The notes below the pieces were generated by a model that made no database searches, was not told the origin of the DNA, and saw nothing but the letters and a program-made list of their open reading frames with translations. A stretch of 59,957 nucleotides of DNA from the NCBI GenBank assembly GCA_047621945.1, contig JBLHMK010000002.1:1-59957 (forward strand), in the 5' to 3' direction. The stretch is from Flavobacteriaceae bacterium. GTDB taxonomy: Bacteria > Bacteroidota > Bacteroidia > Chitinophagales > UBA8649. The first letter of the stretch is position 1, and the number at the start of each line of letters is the position of its first letter. Both the position numbers and the translations under genes were made by a program. Of this stretch, positions 10,121-19,991 are shown one piece after another.

Positions 10121-11869
10121 TTAGTTCTTAGCTTCTTGAACGATATCATATTCTTCGTACAAATCTGACTTACCAAGAACAGCTTCGTGAATATTCATAA
10201 CATGATCACCAATTCGCTCTGATCGATTAACAAAATCAATAAATAGCACTCCAATTTTAGGAGCATAAACACCTTTCTCTAGTCTTCCAAAGTGACTCGT
10301 GAAGATTTGCTTTCTTTTCGCGTTAATTGCACTTTCTGCTTTAATGATTTCGCTTAGCTCTACATTAGGCTTTTCTTGATCCAGATTTTGACGCATCAAT
10401 TTCAAGGCATGCATGGTTAAATTCATGATATCCTCTAATTCCGATTTTGCATTCGCAGGTAACCTTTCTGTTTCCCTCTTCATACGTTCATAATTCTTTG
10501 TCATCTCATAATAGATGTCACCTATACGTTCCAAATCATTGGAAATACTCAACATACTTCGAATCTCTTTACTAGTATCCAGATTAATATCAAACTCTGA
10601 AATTTTAGCTAGGTATTGAGTGATTTCCAGATCTAATTTATCCGTAACATCTTCATGTTTTCTTACTTTATCAATCAACTTTTGAGAATTCTTTTGCTTT
10701 TCAAAAAACAAAGCATAAACGTTATGTCCCATTTTTTCCGTCACCTTAGCGAAGATATCTAACTCTTTACGAGCAGAAACTATAGATAGTGCTGGTGTAT
10801 TTAATAAGCCACTATTAATAAACTGCAAGTGAAATTCTTCATCTTCTTCATCCTTAGCTTTCACTGTCTTAATGGCCATTTTAACCAACCATGGAACGAA
10901 TCCAAGTAGCAAAATTACATTCATCATATTAAACAAGGTGTGGAATACGGCAAGTCCTAATGCCGCAGCGTCTGGATCCTCAAATGGATTTCCATTTCCG
11001 ATATCCATACCCATAAAGTTGGCAGCACTAACGGTTGCACCTGGAACCACATATTTCAACACGTAAGGCAAGGCTAAAACCATCCATGTTACTCCGATTA
11101 TGTTAAATATTGAGTGAATTCTGGCTGACCGCTTTGCATGCACATTTCCTACCAAAGAAGCCACTTCCGCTGTGATTGTTGTTCCAATGTTCTCTCCTAG
11201 AATCATTGCTGCACCCACTTGAAAAGGGATAACACCTGCCATAACTAAAGTCAATGTTAAAGTCATGGCCGCGCTTGATGATTGCATTACAACCGTAACT
11301 AAGGTGCCGAGTATGACAAAAATAAGCGTAGTAATAATTCCGAAATCTGCATAATTCGTAAAAAATTGAACAAATGGAGAGTCATGACCAAGCTCTGGAA
11401 CTGAATGTTTCAATTCACTTAAGCCCATAAAAAGCAAGGCAAATCCTATTAAAAATTGTCCCCAATTCTTAAGATTTCCTCTTTTCGCAAACAGCATTGG
11501 AAAACCAATTGCAATAATCGGTAAAGCATATGCTGAAATTTTAAATTTCCCCACTATATTAACCAACCAACCTGTAATGGTGGTGCCAACATTAGCCCCC
11601 ATCATAATACCTGCAGATTCAACCAAACTTAACAAGCCCGCGTTAACAAAACTTACCGTCATAACTGTTGTAGCGGAAGACGATTGCAATAATGCTGTAA
11701 TCAAAAAGCCAACACCAACTCCTAAAAATCTATTTTGCGTCATTGTGCTAATAGCTTTTCGCATACTATCACCAGCAGCCTTCTGTATTCCTTCACTCAT
11801 TACCTTCATGCCATACATAAAGAAACCAAGAGCTCCAATAATTTTTAATACTGTAAAAAATACTTCCAT
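10121..11869 (-). CDS. Na/Pi cotransporter family protein with C-terminal PhoU-like repeats
   Basis: 582 aa. The NptA-type core has a duplicated QSSSAT/QSSSAA motif. The C-terminal region carries two PhoU-like ERIGD motifs (LERIGDIYYEM, SERIGDHVMNI). Confidence 0.88.
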   Translation of the reverse strand: MEVFFTVLKIIGALGFFMYGMKVMSEGIQKAAGDSMRKAISTMTQNRFLGVGVGFLITALLQSSSATTVMTVSFVNAGLLSLVESAGIMMGANVGTTITGWLVNIVGKFKISAYALPIIAIGFPMLFAKRGNLKNWGQFLIGFALLFMGLSELKHSVPELGHDSPFVQFFTNYADFGIITTLIFVILGTLVTVVMQSSSAAMTLTLTLVMAGVIPFQVGAAMILGENIGTTITAEVASLVGNVHAKRSARIHSIFNIIGVTWMVLALPYVLKYVVPGATVSAANFMGMDIGNGNPFEDPDAAALGLAVFHTLFNMMNVILLLGFVPWLVKMAIKTVKAKDEEDEEFHLQFINSGLLNTPALSIVSARKELDIFAKVTEKMGHNVYALFFEKQKNSQKLIDKVRKHEDVTDKLDLEITQYLAKISEFDINLDTSKEIRSMLSISNDLERIGDIYYEMTKNYERMKRETERLPANAKSELEDIMNLTMHALKLMRQNLDQEKPNVELSEIIKAESAINAKRKQIFTSHFGRLEKGVYAPKIGVLFIDFVNRSERIGDHVMNIHEAVLGKSDLYEEYDIVQEAKN

Positions 11870-11889
11870 TGTGTTGTTTTAAATATTTA

Positions 11890-13149
11890 TTAAAATGCAA
11901 ATTCTGTTTGTAATCTATAGACAAAATTCAATTTATCTTGACCCGTAATATCCTGTAAAGATATATCTGATTGTAGTTTTAAATTATGTTTCTTAACATA
12001 TTTAGAAACACCAAAAGTATACTCTGCCGTTTCATTAAGGCTAGAGCCACTATCTGGATTTATTTTTGAGTATCTCAAAGCAAATTCGACATTTTTAAAT
12101 TTTGGACAATCTATCAAATATCCAAATTGAGCAGAAACAGCTGTACCACTAGCAAACCCACTATTCTTCAAACTGGATTCTTTCCTAGCCATTTCAGCTA
12201 GAACAGACAGTCCGCTATACTTAAACATCAGGTCTGCAAACAATGTCGTTAAGTTACTGTGCAAGTATTCATCATTAGCATCCTTCAAGAAATTTCCTAA
12301 TCGACCGCCCTCTCTTGAAGCATTATTATTAAAATCATAAGTAAAAGCTAGAGACAGTTTGGGTTTACTTTCTCGACTTAAATCTGAACTAAAGTAATCC
12401 CCTTTAGAAGTAAATTTACCCATTGGTAAGAATTCAAAACGACCTGTATAACCGAAGCCTCCAAAATTTCCAGCAGTAATATCCCGACCATCTCCTGTAG
12501 AAATAGCAGCAGCGAATCTTATCAAAGCATTATGTGCTTCAAATTCAGAATGAAGTTGAACAGACATATCACGATCTAGGTTGAATTTACTGTTTAGTAT
12601 ACTTCTATCTACAAATTGCAATTTTTGAGATGAAATAACTCGTTCCCTATTTCCAGGCAATTTAGTTTGACCCATCCATAGCGTGAAGTTCTTGTGAAAT
12701 CCCCATTTTAAAACTGCATCTAAAATCAATTTAGGACCTTGACCTACCTCTTCAAAATCTTTTGATGGGCTGACATCTCTATTAGATAGTCCTAATTCTA
12801 CTTTATACACTAATTTTGGTGTAAAGGCAAATCCTCCAAATTTCAAACGAGATCTTCTTACAATAAAGTTAGTCGACATTTTATCCTCAGTATTCAAGTC
12901 CTTACTTGCAATAAACAAACTTTGGAAACGAAACTCAATTTTTAATCTAGAAGTAGAGTCTTTCGAGGTAATTTGAAAGCCATTCCCAAACGCAAAACCT
13001 ACACTTCCTGGTGCTTGATTTTTAAAGTCAACCTTTCCCCCATAATAACTGGACAATTTGGTTTTTAGGTTTTCTTTTGTCTTTTGAGCATTCGCTCCTG
13101 ACATAATAACTATACTTATCATTAAGCAACAAAGATATTTCACAGACAC
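11890..13149 (-). CDS. outer-membrane porin (phosphate-selective porin O/P-like)
   Basis: 419 aa with a signal peptide ending ANAQ, alternating beta-strand character and a C-terminal aromatic residue (..LQTEFAF). It lies 20 nt upstream of the Na/Pi cotransporter gene. The start codon at 13149 is GTG. Confidence 0.7.
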   Translation of the reverse strand: MSVKYLCCLMISIVIMSGANAQKTKENLKTKLSSYYGGKVDFKNQAPGSVGFAFGNGFQITSKDSTSRLKIEFRFQSLFIASKDLNTEDKMSTNFIVRRSRLKFGGFAFTPKLVYKVELGLSNRDVSPSKDFEEVGQGPKLILDAVLKWGFHKNFTLWMGQTKLPGNRERVISSQKLQFVDRSILNSKFNLDRDMSVQLHSEFEAHNALIRFAAAISTGDGRDITAGNFGGFGYTGRFEFLPMGKFTSKGDYFSSDLSRESKPKLSLAFTYDFNNNASREGGRLGNFLKDANDEYLHSNLTTLFADLMFKYSGLSVLAEMARKESSLKNSGFASGTAVSAQFGYLIDCPKFKNVEFALRYSKINPDSGSSLNETAEYTFGVSKYVKKHNLKLQSDISLQDITGQDKLNFVYRLQTEFAF

Positions 13150-13192
13150 ATTAAAGAGGTTAAGTCAATAATTATAGATTGTTAAGTACTGG

Positions 13193-13200
13193 CAAAAATA
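13193..13200 (-). promoter_or_regulatory. candidate Bacteroidota -7 promoter box (TAnnTTTG) for the porin/Na-Pi operon
   Basis: The minus strand reads TATTTTTG, an exact TAnnTTTG match. It ends 43 nt upstream of the GTG start at 13149. Confidence 0.45.
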
Positions 13201-13209
13201 ATCCTATCA

Positions 13210-13257
13210 ATGTTAAGGAAATGTTAAAAATGTTATGGGAATGTTATGGGAATGTTA
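13210..13257 (-). repeat. five direct hexamer repeats (ATGTTA on plus, TAACAT on minus) in about 11-bp register; Pho-box-like
   Basis: ATGTTA starts at 13210, 13221, 13230, 13241 and 13252, giving spacings of 11, 9, 11 and 11. The last three form a near-exact 11-bp tandem repeat (gaatgttatgg x2, then gaatgttacc). The array lies directly upstream of the -7 box. Confidence 0.6.
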
Positions 13258-13301
13258 CCGAATCTTAATAACTACCCTTAGTATGTAGATAAAGTATATT
13301 T

Positions 13302-14060
13302 TCAGCCTCGTTGCTTGTCCGCTTCATATAAAATCATTCCGGCCGATACCGAAACGTTCAAGGAGTTAATTTTCCCTTTCATTGGAATTAGAAAGAGTTG
13401 GTCAGCATAATCTCTAGACATGGTACTAATCCCTTTCCCTTCACTTCCCATTACAATAGCTGTCGGTAAAGTAAAATCAATCTCTAATATATTCTTGGTT
13501 CCTTCTTGTAAAGAAGATGCGACTACTTGAACACCATTTAATTTAAAGTATTTATAGACCTCATTCAATGCCTTCTCTCTACAAATTGGAATTTGGTGAA
13601 TGGCTCCTGCACTAGCTTTTACGGCTTCAGAATTGACCTGTGCAATTCCTTTTTCCGGCACCACGATAGCATGCACACCCATCGCTTCTGCTGTGCGGGC
13701 TATAGCGCCAAAATTCCGCACATCTGTTACCCCATCAAGGACTAAGAAAAGGGCTAACTCCCCTTTTTCCAGCACTTGACTATAGATGTCATCTAATTTA
13801 AAATATTGTACTTCTCCATAAATTCCAATTACACCTTGATGGTTTGGTCTTTCATGCTGGTACACCGGAAATAGCATATAAGCTATCTTATCCTTTGGGA
13901 CAACTTGAATAGCTATTCTTTTATCTTGACAGATTTTTTTAATTTCACTAATTTCTGGACCAGAAGATCCAGATTGAAGCAAGATCTTCTCAACAGTTTT
14001 GTCTCCTTTCAGAATCTCAAGTGCTGGTTGTCTACCAATGAATATGTCTTTCTTTTTCAT
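13302..14060 (-). CDS. rlmB: 23S rRNA (guanosine-2'-O)-methyltransferase RlmB / TrmH-family SpoU methyltransferase
   Basis: 252 aa with an N-terminal SpoU_sub_bind-like segment (GRQPALEILK) and SpoU motifs (NFGAIARTAEAMGV, VMGSEGKGIS, IPMKGKINSLNVSVSAGMILYE). Confidence 0.85.
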   Translation of the reverse strand: MKKKDIFIGRQPALEILKGDKTVEKILLQSGSSGPEISEIKKICQDKRIAIQVVPKDKIAYMLFPVYQHERPNHQGVIGIYGEVQYFKLDDIYSQVLEKGELALFLVLDGVTDVRNFGAIARTAEAMGVHAIVVPEKGIAQVNSEAVKASAGAIHQIPICREKALNEVYKYFKLNGVQVVASSLQEGTKNILEIDFTLPTAIVMGSEGKGISTMSRDYADQLFLIPMKGKINSLNVSVSAGMILYEADKQRG

Positions 14061-14102
14061 AGAATTCTTTCAGGGACTAAGTAATATAATTATTGAATGT
14101 GC

Positions 14103-14981
14103 TTACTTCTTTTTTAAAATGTATACAACCGATGATGCTTTTTCACTATTCATAAAGCCTTTCAGAAAAGAAACCAGACCGACACAAGCCGCTCTTAGTT
14201 TCCCTAAAAACCCACTTTGCTTATGCCCTTCACTTAACAAAGCGATATAAAAAGGGTCAAAGGGCATAGCGTATGATTTTATATGTTCAAAATTATTGGC
14301 TTCAGCCAATTCTTTAATTGACCTTGGAGAAAAGTGCCATAAATGCTTTGGCAAGTCGTAGGCTGCCCAAAAATTCTTATAAAACTGTCCATCATATGAA
14401 GTATAATTAGGGACAGCAATAGCCAATACCCCTCTGGTTTTTAATAACTTTTGAAAATGCCCAAAATACTTTTCTAGTTCGTGTACATGTTCTAATACAT
14501 GCCACATACTAATAGCGTCAAATTCTTCATTATTTTCTAAAATCTCTTCCAAACTTGCTTTCAATTCGATAGCAAAGTTTTGTTTGGCTTGCTTTCTTGC
14601 ATCTGCATCTGGCTCAAAACCTGTTACTTCTACTCCATGTGTTTGAACATGGTTAACGAAATAACCAGTTCCTGCACCGATATCAAGCATCTTATTCAAA
14701 GATACATGCTTATCGATATAAGACATTTTTTGACCTAGCATAAAGGCTCTAACCTTATGGTAGATATTAAAAAACAGCCCTTCTTTAGTATCCGTATGAG
14801 ATACGTAATCCGCATGTTCATAGTACTTCCCAATATGAGAAGCATCAGGTGCATTTACGGTGAAAGCAAATCCACATTTAGTACACTTAGCAACATTGAA
14901 ATCTTCGTTACTCACACAGTAATCTTTAGACTTTACTAAAGTATCAAAGGTTGTATTCTTACAGACCAAACAAGCATTCAT
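14103..14981 (-). CDS. class I SAM-dependent methyltransferase with N-terminal Cys4 zinc-ribbon-like segment
   Basis: Motif I is LDIGAGTGYF. The N-terminus has CLVCKN...CTKCGF. Substrate unknown. Confidence 0.75.
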   Translation of the reverse strand: MNACLVCKNTTFDTLVKSKDYCVSNEDFNVAKCTKCGFAFTVNAPDASHIGKYYEHADYVSHTDTKEGLFFNIYHKVRAFMLGQKMSYIDKHVSLNKMLDIGAGTGYFVNHVQTHGVEVTGFEPDADARKQAKQNFAIELKASLEEILENNEEFDAISMWHVLEHVHELEKYFGHFQKLLKTRGVLAIAVPNYTSYDGQFYKNFWAAYDLPKHLWHFSPRSIKELAEANNFEHIKSYAMPFDPFYIALLSEGHKQSGFLGKLRAACVGLVSFLKGFMNSEKASSVVYILKKK

Positions 14982-15006
14982 GGATTCTTAACTTAGCTTT
15001 AAATAA

Positions 15007-16635
15007 TTATTCTCCTAAAAAAGGGTATCTATAATCTGTAGCTGGAACAAAAGTCTCTTTGATTGTTCTCATGCTTACCCATCGAAGAAGGTTATGTTTA
15101 GATCCTGCTTTATCATTAGTTCCACTAGCTCGAGCACCTCCAAAGGGTTGTTGTCCTACAACAGCTCCAGTTGGTTTGTCATTGATGTAGAAATTTCCAG
15201 CAGCATGCTTCAAGATTGTGTTTGCTTCATCCAAAGCATATCTATCTTGACTAAATACCGCTCCAGTTAACGCGTAAGGAGACGTAGAGTCTACTAGTTT
15301 TAATGTCTTCAACCAGTCTTTTGGTTCATAAACGAAAATCGTCATTACCGGGCCGAACAATTCCTCACACATGGTGGTATATTTCGGGTCAGAAGTAACG
15401 ATTACCGTTGGCTCTATAAAGTAGCCTTTGCTTTTATCATGTCCTCCTCCAACTAATATTTCTGCATTCTTATCCGTCTTAGCTGCATCTATATACTTAG
15501 CAATCTTATCAAAAGAACGCTCATCAATTACCGCATTAATATAATTACTGAAGTCGTCCACTTTACCCATTTTGAAAGACTTAACATCTTTTACTAAACC
15601 AGCTTTAACTTCTTCCCAAATATTCGATGGAATATAAGCTCTTGAAGCCGCAGAACATTTTTGTCCTTGATACTCAAAAGAACCTCGTGAAAGAGCAGTA
15701 GAAACTTGAGCAGGTATAGAGCTTGAATGCGCAACTATAAAATCCTTCCCTCCTGTTTCTCCTACTATACGTGGGTATGTTTTATAATTAGCTATATTAT
15801 TTCCAATAGTCTTCCACATAAATTGGAATGTACCTGTAGAACCTGTAAAGTGTATTCCTGCAAAATCTGGGTGAGAGAAACATACGTCACCTGCAACTGG
15901 TCCATCAGTCAACACCATATTGATTACTCCATCAGGCAAACCTGCTTCTTTAAAAAGTTGCATAACAAAGTGCGCAGAGTATGCTTGAGTTTCACTTGGC
16001 TTCCATACGATAGTATTTCCCATCATAGCCGGCGCAGCACAAAGGTTCGCACAAATGGAAGTAAAATTAAATGGAGTAACTGCAAACACAAATCCTTCCA
16101 AAGGTCTGTACTCCAACCTGTTCCACATACCTGGATTAGATTCAGGTTGTTCCTTATATAAATCAGTCATGTACTGCACATTAAACTTAAAGAAATCAAT
16201 AAGCTCGCATGCTGCGTCAATTTCCGCTTGCATCACATTCTTACTCTGCGCTAGCATAGTCGATCCGTTTAATAAATCTCTATATGGACCAGCCAACAAA
16301 TCGGCTGCTTTTAAAAATATGGCAGCTTTCTCTTCCCAAGGAAGTGCTTCCCATTTTGGTTTTGCTTCTAAGGCCGCATCAATAGCTTGTTGAACATGAT
16401 CAGCTGTTCCTTTATTATAAGTGCCCAATACATGCTTAATTTCATGCGGAGGATTGATGGTGATTTTATTATCAGTAAAAACTTCCTTACCTCCAATAAC
16501 CATAGGTACATCTATAGTTTTACTTTTAAGTAATTGTAAAGTATTTTCAATACTCTTTCTTTCTGGACTACCAGGAGCATAAGCTTTTACTGGTTCATTT
16601 ACCGGTTTGGGAACATTAAAGAATGCGTTAGCCAT
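15007..16635 (-). CDS. pruA: L-glutamate gamma-semialdehyde (1-pyrroline-5-carboxylate) dehydrogenase
   Basis: 542 aa of the ALDH superfamily. It has GETGGKDF and the catalytic Cys context YQGQKCSAASR, and its length and termini are typical of P5C dehydrogenase. Confidence 0.85.
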   Translation of the reverse strand: MANAFFNVPKPVNEPVKAYAPGSPERKSIENTLQLLKSKTIDVPMVIGGKEVFTDNKITINPPHEIKHVLGTYNKGTADHVQQAIDAALEAKPKWEALPWEEKAAIFLKAADLLAGPYRDLLNGSTMLAQSKNVMQAEIDAACELIDFFKFNVQYMTDLYKEQPESNPGMWNRLEYRPLEGFVFAVTPFNFTSICANLCAAPAMMGNTIVWKPSETQAYSAHFVMQLFKEAGLPDGVINMVLTDGPVAGDVCFSHPDFAGIHFTGSTGTFQFMWKTIGNNIANYKTYPRIVGETGGKDFIVAHSSSIPAQVSTALSRGSFEYQGQKCSAASRAYIPSNIWEEVKAGLVKDVKSFKMGKVDDFSNYINAVIDERSFDKIAKYIDAAKTDKNAEILVGGGHDKSKGYFIEPTVIVTSDPKYTTMCEELFGPVMTIFVYEPKDWLKTLKLVDSTSPYALTGAVFSQDRYALDEANTILKHAAGNFYINDKPTGAVVGQQPFGGARASGTNDKAGSKHNLLRWVSMRTIKETFVPATDYRYPFLGE

Positions 16636-16731
16636 ATGAATTGATTTTTTAATTGAGTGGCAAAGATAAGGTATAGGATAAACTTAGAAGAATAGAATAC
16701 CGCAAAGATTAGTTGTCAAGAATGGTGCAAC

Positions 16732-16770
16732 AAAAAAGCCTGAATTCATAGGGAGAATTCAGGCTTTTTT
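16732..16770 (-). terminator. rho-independent (bidirectional-looking) terminator after the TlpA-like gene
   Basis: AAAAAAGCCTGAATTC-ataggga-GAATTCAGGCTTTTTT. This is a perfect 10-bp stem flanked by an A-run and a T-run. Confidence 0.8.
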
Positions 16771-16803
16771 AACGACATATATATATGCCAAAATCTTAGT
16801 TTC

Positions 16804-17331
16804 TTATCTAGCCAATTCCTTGATGTGATCTTCAAGAATATACTCATCTCCTGCTACGTAACCAGCGTGCGTATAGACAATTCTACCTTCTTTATTGATT
16901 AATACCGTGTAAGGTACCGTTTGAAAATTCATCATTCGCTTCAAATCTTCATTCGTGTCTAACAATACTTCATAATCCCATGCTTGTCCATCTACATATG
17001 TTTTCACTTTAGAAATATTACGAACGTCATCAATTGAAATGGCAACAAGCTCCATATCGTAATCATCCTGCCAAAATTCGTATAATTCAGAAATGCTATT
17101 CAACTCTTTTTTACAAGGAGAACACCAAGTAGCCCAAAAACTCAAAACAGTAATTTTACCGTTCTTTCCGTAATCTTCTACATTTACTTTTTTACCGTTC
17201 ATATCATTCAAACTTAAACTTGGTAAACGCTTGTCTGAAAATACTTCCTTAGCTCCACCTTGAGCTTGCAAGCTGAAAGAGCCGATAATTAGCAAAAAGG
17301 TAATTGCAATAAGTTTATTAAAATTTTTCAT
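16804..17331 (-). CDS. TlpA-family thiol-disulfide oxidoreductase (thioredoxin fold), secreted
   Basis: 175 aa with a signal peptide. The active site is WATWCSPCKKE (CxxC). Confidence 0.85.
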   Translation of the reverse strand: MKNFNKLIAITFLLIIGSFSLQAQGGAKEVFSDKRLPSLSLNDMNGKKVNVEDYGKNGKITVLSFWATWCSPCKKELNSISELYEFWQDDYDMELVAISIDDVRNISKVKTYVDGQAWDYEVLLDTNEDLKRMMNFQTVPYTVLINKEGRIVYTHAGYVAGDEYILEDHIKELAR

Positions 17332-17445
17332 GTTGATTTGTTTGATTTTTAAAAGGCAATCTCTATGCCAAATTACTTTAAAGAGGGTTTTGCTTTTGTT
17401 ATCAAGGCTAATATCTTAAATTTACTAGCCAATTAACCCAATTCA

Positions 17446-19095
17446 ATGAAAAAACTATTCACTTTAACTCTTTTTCTATTCACATTTGCTCAGTATATTG
17501 AAGCCCAAGGATACATTTCTGGTGACTTAGAATTGAGAACCGATTACTACGTTAAAGACAGTACTATAGGGGCATCAGGAACTAACCATTACGATGATTT
17601 AAAATCATCTGCGGATGGATGGCTAACTGTCAACTATACCAATAATGATTGGGGTTTTAGAACGGGAATTCGATTAGATATGTTCTTGAATTCAAGATTT
17701 CACAATCCAAATGACGATGCTTATACCGCCTTTGGTGTTGGACGGTGGTTTGTAGAAAAGGATTTTAAAAAACTTACCCTTACTGGTGGTCACTTTTATG
17801 ATCAGTTTGGAAGTGGTGTAACATTCCGAGCATATGAGAATAGGTTTCTAGGAATAGACAACGCGATATTTGGAGTTAAAGCAAAATATGAGTTTAGCGA
17901 AAATTGGTTTGCAAAAGCTTTCGTTGGAGTGAGAAAAAATAGATTAAGCTTTTATAACCCTATTATTAAAGGCGTAAATGTAGAAGGATATATTCCTATT
18001 GGAGAAAAAATAACTTTAAGTCCTGGTGCCGCTATCGTAAATAGAACTATTGATGAAGGAACTATGACAACTATTGCTAACGTGATTAATAGTTATGAAT
18101 TACAAGATCGATTTGTTCCTAAATACAACACCTATGTATTTTCTGCTTATAACAGATTGAGTATTGGTAGAGTTTCATGGTTTATAGAAGGTGCATATAA
18201 AACACACGAAGCTATTAATGACCCATTAAATAAATCTTTAGTAAACCCAGTGAATAATGTTTATTCAGATAAACCAGGAAATATTGTTTACACGAGTTTG
18301 ACTTATTCAAAGAAGGGATTTGGAATATCTGCTCAATATAAACGTACAGATAATTTTCAGTTTAGAACTTCACCAGAAGACAATGAAACGTTAATCAATG
18401 GAGCGCTAAATTTTATTCCTGCAACTAACAGACAGAACTCATTACGTTTACCAGCCAGGTATCAACCAGCATCTCAAGAGATTGAAGAAACATCTTTTGC
18501 TTTGGATGGAACATACACACCTACCAAAGGATTAACCTTCAATTTTAGCTTCTCTGAGATTCATAGAAACAAGATTAATCTGCAAAGTTATGCGGCTGAT
18601 AATCTTTTTAGAGAAATCTATTTTGATTCAGAATGGAAGGTTAGTAAAAAGGTGAAGACTTTGATTGGCTTACAATTCGTTCAATACAATCAAGATTTTT
18701 ATGAAGGTCCTGCTAATTTGCCAACTGATGTGCAAGTTTTTTCTCCATTCTTTGAGTTAAGCTATAAGATTGATCGCAAGAAATCACTTCGATTTGAAGC
18801 TCAATATCAAAGTGCTCAAAGAGATTTCGGACAATGGCTATATGCTTTAGTTGAATTTACGGTAGCTCCTAAATTGTCAATATCAGTTTCTGATATGTGG
18901 AATTTCAAACCGGGACCAAATAAATCAAGTAAGAATGAACACTACTATTCTGTTTATACCTCATACACAGAAGGACCGCATCGATTCTTTATTTCTTATG
19001 TGCGTCAAGTAGAAGGAATAGTTTGTACGGGAGGAGTTTGTAGACTAGAGCCTGCGTTTAATGGAGTACGAGCTGGACTAAACACCAGTTTCTAA
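17446..19095 (+). CDS. predicted outer-membrane beta-barrel protein (DUF6029-like)
   Basis: 549 aa with a signal peptide ending IEAQG, an aromatic-rich alternating pattern and a terminal ...GLNTSF. The family name is recalled from similar TlpA-adjacent genes and is not verified. Confidence 0.6.
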   Translation: MKKLFTLTLFLFTFAQYIEAQGYISGDLELRTDYYVKDSTIGASGTNHYDDLKSSADGWLTVNYTNNDWGFRTGIRLDMFLNSRFHNPNDDAYTAFGVGRWFVEKDFKKLTLTGGHFYDQFGSGVTFRAYENRFLGIDNAIFGVKAKYEFSENWFAKAFVGVRKNRLSFYNPIIKGVNVEGYIPIGEKITLSPGAAIVNRTIDEGTMTTIANVINSYELQDRFVPKYNTYVFSAYNRLSIGRVSWFIEGAYKTHEAINDPLNKSLVNPVNNVYSDKPGNIVYTSLTYSKKGFGISAQYKRTDNFQFRTSPEDNETLINGALNFIPATNRQNSLRLPARYQPASQEIEETSFALDGTYTPTKGLTFNFSFSEIHRNKINLQSYAADNLFREIYFDSEWKVSKKVKTLIGLQFVQYNQDFYEGPANLPTDVQVFSPFFELSYKIDRKKSLRFEAQYQSAQRDFGQWLYALVEFTVAPKLSISVSDMWNFKPGPNKSSKNEHYYSVYTSYTEGPHRFFISYVRQVEGIVCTGGVCRLEPAFNGVRAGLNTSF

Positions 19096-19107
19096 ATAGC
19101 AATAAAA

Positions 19108-19974
19108 ATGATGAAGATGAATAAACTAAGCATATTAGCAGGAATCATAATTCTTATGAGTTCATGCAAAGAGGAAGGACCATTTATTAATTTTGAAAAA
19201 AATCAAGTAAGCTTAGTAGACACGAGCTATGTTTCTGCAACTCCTATTCCTTCTGTGAATAGAAATGTGCTTTTTGAGGAGTTTTCAGGAGTTCGTTGCT
19301 CAAATTGCCCAGCGGGAAATGCGGTAACTAATAGCTTGTATACCACCTTAGGTAATCGGTTTGTACCGGTCACTGTGCACAGTAAATTTCTAGCATTCCC
19401 TTACGGGACCGATCAGGATTTAAGAACCGACGATGCCAATGAAATTGCAAATAGTCTTGGTCCAGTTGGAGTAAAGCCTTCAACATTTATAAGCAGAAAA
19501 GTGATTGGTGGTACTCGACTTCAACAATCACCAGGAACATGGGCTGGCCTTGTCAATAGTGAAATAGCACTGCCCTCTTTCGTAGATTTGAATCTTGAAA
19601 TTGTGACTTTGGATGAAACCGAAAGAACCCTTCGTTATAGAATTACCCTAAGTTATAGTGTAGATGCTCCTAAGCATAATTTAGGATTTTATCTTACTGA
19701 AAGTGAAATTATAGCAGAGCAATTAGACGGAAGTACTCAAGTAGTCAATTACGAACATGAATTTGTCTTAAGAAAAGCTATCACACCAGTTATAGGTGAA
19801 AATGTAGCTGCGCAAGTAGCGGAAAATACCGTAATTATTAAAGAGTTTGAAATTGACATCGATGATTATGATGTTGATGAATTATGGGTAATGAACCACA
19901 TGTATATAGTGGCTTTTATTCGACTCGACAATGATGATATCGAAACAGCAACAATGACTGAATTAATCCCTTAA
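19108..19974 (+). CDS. Omp28-related outer-membrane lipoprotein with CxxC motif
   Basis: The lipobox is LMSSC. FEEFSGVRCSNCPAGN is a thioredoxin-like CxxC context typical of Omp28-related proteins. It starts 12 nt after the barrel gene. Confidence 0.6.
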   Translation: MMKMNKLSILAGIIILMSSCKEEGPFINFEKNQVSLVDTSYVSATPIPSVNRNVLFEEFSGVRCSNCPAGNAVTNSLYTTLGNRFVPVTVHSKFLAFPYGTDQDLRTDDANEIANSLGPVGVKPSTFISRKVIGGTRLQQSPGTWAGLVNSEIALPSFVDLNLEIVTLDETERTLRYRITLSYSVDAPKHNLGFYLTESEIIAEQLDGSTQVVNYEHEFVLRKAITPVIGENVAAQVAENTVIIKEFEIDIDDYDVDELWVMNHMYIVAFIRLDNDDIETATMTELIP

Positions 19975-19991
19975 AAGAATACTAAAGCAAT

